A DNA stretch of 64,000 nt. It comes from Octopus bimaculoides (Eukaryota). This document shows, one piece after another, positions 57,549-64,000 of this stretch; the first letter of the stretch is position 1; the number at the start of each line of letters is the position of its first letter. The notes beneath the pieces are model-generated. The model was not told the DNA's origin and did no database searches. It saw nothing but the letters and a program-made list of their open reading frames with translations. Made by a program: the position numbers and the translations under genes. Location: NCBI RefSeq assembly GCF_001194135.2, contig NC_068992.1, positions 66,997,696-67,061,695 on the forward strand. Direction: 5' to 3'.

Positions 57549-57602
<54 letters not shown>

Positions 57603-57719
57603 ACACACATATAATGGAGTACATAGGTAAGTAGTCATAATTTCAATTGAATTGAATTTATCAACTGACAGCTCCATTAATCATCAACCAATTTAATTAT
57701 TTTTCCGTTTAATTTTCAG

Positions 57720-57764
57720 ATGACAAAGAGGAAATCTGTCTCACTCCAAGATGTACCGTGGCAT
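57720..57764 (+). CDS. M13 family (neprilysin/ECE-like) metallopeptidase, internal exon encoding the first ectodomain cysteines
   Basis: ttttcag acceptor and T|gtaagt donor; 45 nt, phase 1-1. Reads (x)DKEEICLTPRCTVA(S), matching the M13 C-x-T-x-x-C motif, and splices in frame to the 60718 exon. Confidence 0.88.
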
Positions 57765-59750
57765 GTAAGTGTTTTAAATACATTTTTATGAAAATAACTT
57801 TCTAATGCGAGATTTTCAATAAATAGCAATATATTCTAACATTGGGAATCCTTCTAAAGATTTTATGTAGCAATCATTTATTGCTTATCCTGTTTTAGTT
57901 AAGAATATTATCGTTTTTATTTCTTTCCAAGGAATAGAAAAATATCCTTGTAAAGCAAGAGAACATGTTGCGATTCATTCGAAGTAAATCTTTTTTCTGT
58001 ATTATTGCTGTTCAGTTTGGGATTTAACAGTATAATGTCTGGCTTTGACTCAGAGAATATGTACATACGGTAATCAGCGTATGTATAGCTAACTGTATTA
58101 TTTTTGATTATTAAAATGGTTACGACAGTTTGTAACATTTAAAGCGTAAGTGGTAACCGCTATGTAGTACGTAGATTGGTTCTTAGAGATTAGGCTATAA
58201 CATTTGCCAATTCCTCCACCACACCAAGGACGGCAGCGTTCTGTAACCCACGGTAAGGTTTTATAATATTCAAATTTATATATACATATCAATACCAATA
58301 TCAATATATTCTTTCTCAGACTGGAGTGAACACGACACAATGAAGTAGAGAAATTTGAAAAGACAACACGAAACCGGTTATTTCTCAAAATACAATGTTT
58401 ATATACCAAAAAGATTTTATAACATTTTTCTAACATTTTTCTGACATAATTTAAATATATACTTTAACCAAGTAACACAAGCCTTCTGTAGTTTTTTCAC
58501 TCTTATTATCTTTTATATATATATATATNNNNNNNNNNNNNNNNNNNNNTATATATATAAATTTAGTAAAGTGAGCGTGTATTTGCAAGTTGATTTTATT
58601 TCTGCCAACACTGACTTCAAGGATGTAACTTCAGCCGATAACTCGGATTCCTTTTATTGAGACTTTTCGCAGTTCATTTATTTTCGTTCGGCGTCTGGCA
58701 GCAGTCTTAGAGGGGTCCTATGTCAAAAAATATCATTCGTAGCAGATGTTCCATCGACATCCTTCACGCATGCCTGACTCGGTTTCAGATGTCATAGACC
58801 GTGTTGTTATCTATAATCGTAAAATTTAAAAGTAACCCAAATTCAATGTTTTCTTGAAACACTAAATTTCTACAGAGATTACGATTTAAATTCTAATCTA
58901 TGAAATGATTCCGTTCTACAATATTCTTAGAAGAACGAAATGTTATCTTGCAATTCGGGCTAATACGAACGAGCTTGATAGGTGTAAAAGACTAACTGGC
59001 ATCTCTTGTCAAGAGTAGAGGCGACAGTGAGATCGCTGATGTTTGTTGTGCATTCCATTGTCCTTTTTTGATTGCTGCTATTCTGTGCATCTGTGTGTAA
59101 AGATCAGTTGTGTTTTGCAGGGTTGCTTTATTTGTCGCCCTTAACTTAGAAATGGAGAAAGACATAGTGCTAGATATAGAAAATAAGCCATTTGGGGCTA
59201 GAAATAGAGCGGAAAAAACGTGAAATTCTTCGAGCAGACATGTGTTTCTTGTGCACAATCTGTGATGAGACGGAGTGACGCTGATGACCTGGAGTCGCCT
59301 CATATATATATATATATATATTAATAAATCTCAGGGTAGCGAGAAGAAATATGCCTGGAGTTTGACTGCTCCTTTAGCGGGTTAGATGTCCTATTATGGA
59401 CATCTCTTTTATGTGTTTAAATGTACAGTGTATATATATATGCTACAAAACCACACTGACAGGTAAGGTAAAATGAAGTGTGTTGCCAGCGTGCTTCCAT
59501 GCTTACACGAAGTTGGTCTCGGTTTTGGAGTCGATTTTTAACTGAGGAGAAGCAGGACTGGCGCCAAGTCCTGCGTTCTGATGCTTTGTTTGCTCAGGAA
59601 GGAAGGATAATGTTGCGACTCAACGATGGAGATAAATCAGCACGAGCGTATTCTTACTCCCCCTTAAAAAAAAATGTATGCCTGTGGTTGGATTTATCAT
59701 AGGTATCTGCTGTAGGTTAGGAACAACAACAACAACAACAACAACAACAA

Positions 59751-59806
<56 letters not shown>

Positions 59807-59819
59807 GCAATGATGACCG

Positions 59820-60085
59820 TCTACCAGAACGTCATTCCGAGAGATGCTCCAGCTATTGATCCCCAGAAGACATTCTCTTCCATCTCACCATCTTTTCTGT
59901 TGCTTGAGTAACGACCTCTTTTCCTTGACTCTGATGAGTTTTATCTCTTCTACTCAGCTTCCTCGACTCACTCGTCTCTTCGCCCCTCGCTACCCTTGTT
60001 ACGTTCAATCTTCCAGACTCTATACTAATCACTATACCCAATCCTTCTTCACCTGAACATTTAACTCCCTGCCATCTCTTTCCTT
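59820..60085 (+). mobile_element. CR1/L2/Jockey-group LINE ORF2 3' remnant
   Basis: Reads QLLIPRRHSL...RLTRLFAPRYPCYVQSSRLYTNHYTQSFFT*TFNSLPS, like the R-x-TR...SFFPRT...WNSLP C-terminal motif; follows (AAC)n. Confidence 0.55.
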
Positions 60086-60717
60086 CTCATATTTTCTTTC
60101 AAATGATAACTTGCAACAGTTTCAACACAAACTGAACGTTTTTCAGTCGCACAGAATTTGGTGTATTTTTATAAAGATAACTGGTAGTACCCATTCCTCA
60201 ACAAGCGAGAAAGAAAAAAATGGAATTGCTTAAGATTTTTCAGACGAGTTTCCGTTTCTTTAATGCAAGAATTTGTAATATGTAAGAATGCAGCACATAC
60301 AAGAGACCGTCACGAAACTGTAAATATAGTTGTATCAGACAGAGATTATCTCAGCGCCGTCTACGTTACACGGTTTCTCTTTCCGCCTCACTAAACTATG
60401 ACGACCTCAACACATTCATCGACGCAGTCAGTTTATCCCAACAAATGCTTTGTTTGTACAATTGAACTCTGAATGATCTTGTTTCGAAATTAGCTCTCAG
60501 TCCATATGACAACACCAAGTTTTGGAAGTCTCTGTGAATGTCAAGATTCTGTGACTATGTAATTAACTGATTTATAATGATAATTATTTTTATCCACGCT
60601 ATTGTTTATTGTAATCTTAAATACAATCGTAAGCTCTTTAATTGTTTTATGAACGTTCGCTTTTGGATTTTCGTTGAAACATATCGAATTTCTTATATTC
60701 TGTGTATTTCATTTCAG

Positions 60718-60879
60718 CTGCTCGATTGATTCGGTCAATTGACACTAGCGTTAACCCATGTGATAATTTTTTTGATTATACATGTGGTCAATGGGTCAAA
60801 CGACATGCCATACCCGATGACCTTTCATCTATTGATACTTTCACTGTACTTAGAGATGAAGTGGAGAACACGCTTAGAG
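60718..60879 (+). CDS. M13 family (neprilysin/ECE-like) metallopeptidase, internal exon
   Basis: atttcag acceptor and AG|gtgag donor; 162 nt, phase 1-1. Reads (S)ARLIRSIDTSVNPCDNFFDYTCGQWVKRHAIPDDLSSIDTFTVLRDEVENTLR(E), the M13 N-terminal D-x-S-V-x-P-C-D-x-F-x-x-Y-x-C-G-x-W signature. Confidence 0.96.
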
Positions 60880-62203
60880 GTGAGCAGTTTCCTATTCTTT
60901 CTTACATTTTTTGATTTAATAATTCAGTCGTATATTGTGTTGCATGCACAGTGTTTTGGCTAAGGAATTTGACCCAAATTCATTGCAGGATACATATAAA
61001 CATACAAGTATTATACATGGATATACATGCTCGCACGGATGTGTGTATTATGATTATGAATTTGATGAAGATATATTACTCACGGGAACGTGTATAAAGA
61101 CATCTTTAAGGCAATAATCTATGACATAAAGGATTCGTATTAACGAATCAGCCAACAGCTATTAAATCCAAATTCATTTATTCTGGCTGAGGAGAAAGTC
61201 CTCTTCGTCAGCGATCATTACGTAATGTCTTTTGTTATGGTACATATACTAGCGCCAGGTTCAAGAATTGGTTAACAAGGGAATGAGACTCTTGTCAGTT
61301 TTAACCTCGAAATCTTCTTTCTAGTTATAATTCTAGTTGAATATTATTTCATTTGTTAGCTAGCAAACTTTGGTACTAGAGTATTAACTTAAATTTCATT
61401 AAAGAAAAAACGCGCGCACGCGCGTACCTATCTGCCTGTCAGTGTCTGTCTATCTGTCTATCTGTCTGACTCTCCTTTTTGTGCACAGACACAGATTTCG
61501 TATGTTAAAGTATTGTTTACATTCGTCACAACATAAAGTTTCATTAAAAAAAGAACGAAAGAAACACCCCCAACAAACAAAAACTCTTTAGTTATACCTA
61601 TAGGTATGGTCTATAATACAGCAGCGAATCGAAACATTGTTAACGGACTAGTAATGATGCCTCTACAATCAATGAGATACACGCATACATATAGATAAGT
61701 GTACCTCCACACGGATATAGTAGTAAAGGTAGAAATTTAATTATCAACACCCGCGCATAGAAACATAAAGAATCTCACATATGTAATATACGAAGAACGT
61801 TATTAATTTTATTGAATGCCAATCAATTTTGAAATAATGCAAACTTCTGATTTCTAAGATGTAAAACCTCACGGATATTTTAATATGAATTGCTCCAAGA
61901 AGAATCTGTTTAGTTCTATATCAAACACAGGATATACAATATTGAAATATGCTATGATACCTATATGTATATGAATAAACATATATACTTGTTTTAAAGA
62001 GACACACACTGGCATTTATGCATATTAAATCATAATATATATGTAACATAGATTATATGTGTGTGTGTGCATGTTTGCGTGTGTGCGCTTGTGTAAGTAT
62101 CTGTGTGAGTGGTTATGTGTTTGTATGATTGTATGCATATAATTTTTCGTTGCCGAGTATTATATCGAATATACTAAGTGCAGTAAATTGCATTTTCTTT
62201 CAG

Positions 62204-62287
62204 AATTATTGGAAAACAGCGTATCTTCGAGTGATGCCAGGGCGATTCGAAAGGCAAAACTTCTGTACAAATCGTGTATGAATGAAA
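62204..62287 (+). CDS. M13 family (neprilysin/ECE-like) metallopeptidase, internal exon
   Basis: ttttctttcag acceptor and A|gtaagt donor; 84 nt, phase 1-1. Reads (E)LLENSVSSSDARAIRKAKLLYKSCMNE, the conserved KAK-x-LY-x-SCMNE motif. The gene must continue past the window because no HExxH exon is visible. Confidence 0.95.
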
Positions 62288-62764
62288 GTAAGTATTGTTT
62301 ATTTGATTAATTCAATTCCTTAACAACAATGCCATGTTATTGACGGCAAATGTCTGTAGACCATGTTATAAATGTGTTGTTAGGGATTGCCTGATAAAAG
62401 GAAAGAGTTGACAGCAGAATATAGTTTGGTTTTCTTGCAGCTCTTTATATATATATATGATTAAATGTATTTTCCAATAAAGTGACATTTTAAAAAATCC
62501 TATTTCGTTATTTGCATCAGCATGGGGAGGCGGTATATCTGACAGGGGTGGGGCGTCGGGTTTTGCATATTCTATACATTTTATGTTAGTAATACGTTTC
62601 TCATAACCAACTCTGCATAATAGAGCAAGAAATAGGAAGTTGTTTTGACTTTAATGTTGCATTTTCTAAATAGAAGTAGCCTTGATGTTCTACCAAACAT
62701 ACATGGGCATAGACATACGCGCATGCGTGTTTGTCTCTCTCCTTACCTCTGTCTCTCAATCTGG

Positions 62765-62804
<40 letters not shown>

Positions 62805-62837
62805 GTATACATACAGGTCAAAGTACCTGTGCGTTTG

Positions 62838-62895
<58 letters not shown>

Positions 62896-62940
62896 AGCGC
62901 GCGCGCGTGTAATTATTATTTATTGTCTTTGCACAGCTTC

Positions 62941-63352
62941 TAAAGCTAGAGATGTCCTACGGTGCCAGCTGTTCACTACCAGTGAAATAATGTAACGCCC
63001 CTTATTTTTCGAGCACTTTCCGGAGTATTCGAGTGGTTCCAAGCAGTGCTGTTTTCTGCTAGTGCTCCATCCTTATTGCAGTCCCTATCTGTTCCACGTA
63101 CTTCTCAAGATCTTTACTCACTGTTCTCATAGCTCCGACAATTATTTGTACTACTACCATCTTTTCATCGACCACAACTGCTTAATCTCCCAAGCTAACC
63201 TTATTGCGCACCTTGTCACATGGTTATGCTATATATATGATCCGGTATCGTTTGCTTTCTTTATCAATTAACGCTATATCTGGTTTCCTTTTCGCTATCT
63301 CATGGTCGTACTGAAACATAAAATCCCATAGGATCTTTGCATTATCATTTTC
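62941..63352 (-). mobile_element. R4/Dong-type (RLE) non-LTR retrotransposon 3' end, decayed
   Basis: Minus strand reads ENDNAKILWDFMFQYDHEIAKRKPDIALIDK...LAWEIKQLW...IIVGAMRTVSKDL...QKTALLGTTRILRKVLEK*, the C-terminal restriction-like endonuclease region, followed by a short 3' UTR. Confidence 0.85.
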
Positions 63353-63353
63353 G

Positions 63354-63521
63354 AAGATCAGTCACGAACTGAGCGGATAACATCGACTAACCCACACCCT
63401 CGAGCTTCAGTGAAACACCATTCTTCTTCTTCTTCTTCTTCTTCTTCTTCTTCTTCTTCTTCTTCTTCTTCTTCTTCTTCTTCTTCTTCTTCTTCTTCTT
63501 CTTCTTCTTCTTCTTCTTCTT
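63354..63521 (+). repeat. family E repeat plus (TTC)n
   Basis: Second copy of the 46016 element; directly abuts the RLE fragment. Confidence 0.8.
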
Positions 63522-63853
63522 CAAAAACTATACGCATCCGTGTTTTACGGAGGTAATTTTTTCACCGCTATACTTTTATTTCTAANNNNNNNNNNNNNNN
63601 NNNNNNNNNNNNNNNNNNNNNNNNNNNNNNNNNNNNNNNNNNNNNNNNNNNNNNNNNNNNNNNNNNNNNNNNNNNNNNNNNNNNNNNNNNNNNNNNNNNN
63701 NNNNNNNNNNNNNNNNNNNNNNNNNNNNNNNNNNNNNNNNNNNNNNNNNNNNNNNNNNNNNNNNNNNNNNNNNNNNNNNNNNNNNNNNNNNNNNNNNNNN
63801 NNNNNNNNNNNNNNNNNNNNNNNNNNNNNNNNNNNNNNNNNNNNNNNNNNNNN

Positions 63854-63886
<33 letters not shown>

Positions 63887-64000
63887 AAATATAAAGATAG
63901 ATAGATAGATAGATTGATAGATATTTAGATAGATAATGGTAGTGTCATTAATATGTGTTCATAAAACACCGGGATCTCTATATAACTTGATACGAGTGTT

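Noticed and set aside
57720-57764. Reading from the ATG at 57720 (MTKRKSVSLQDVPWH)
   Set aside because: That frame hits a stop within four codons of the next exon; the phase-1 frame gives the M13 cysteine motif.
58992-59303. Non-repetitive block inside M13 intron 57765-60717 with open frames on both strands
   Set aside because: No homology recognised; the + frame ends in a stop, and the flanking exons already join perfectly without it.

Overview
AT-rich eukaryotic DNA with about 16 N-gaps and dense di-, tri- and tetranucleotide microsatellites. The repeat landscape suggests an octopus or other cephalopod draft scaffold (inference). Almost all ORFs in the supplied track are microsatellite or gap artefacts. 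The only well-supported gene is a + strand M13-family (neprilysin/ECE-like) metallopeptidase. It is seen as three phase-1 exons (57720-57764, 60718-60879, 62204-62287) encoding the start of the ectodomain. Its cytoplasmic/TM exons are unresolved and its catalytic exons lie beyond the window. The rest is probably intronic or intergenic and holds at least three tRNA-derived SINE families, an internally deleted RTE LINE, R4/Dong-type RLE retrotransposon fragments, a CR1/L2-like tail and a mariner fragment. The most interesting signal is a ~200-bp non-coding repeat in five copies, each next to (TA)n. It encodes a minimal type I hammerhead ribozyme with a loopless palindromic helix III and a non-canonical CUGUUGA core, i.e. 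a Penelope/retrozyme-like mobile RNA. Two copies form an inverted pair nested in a SINE. Several long hairpins and inverted repeats are also present.
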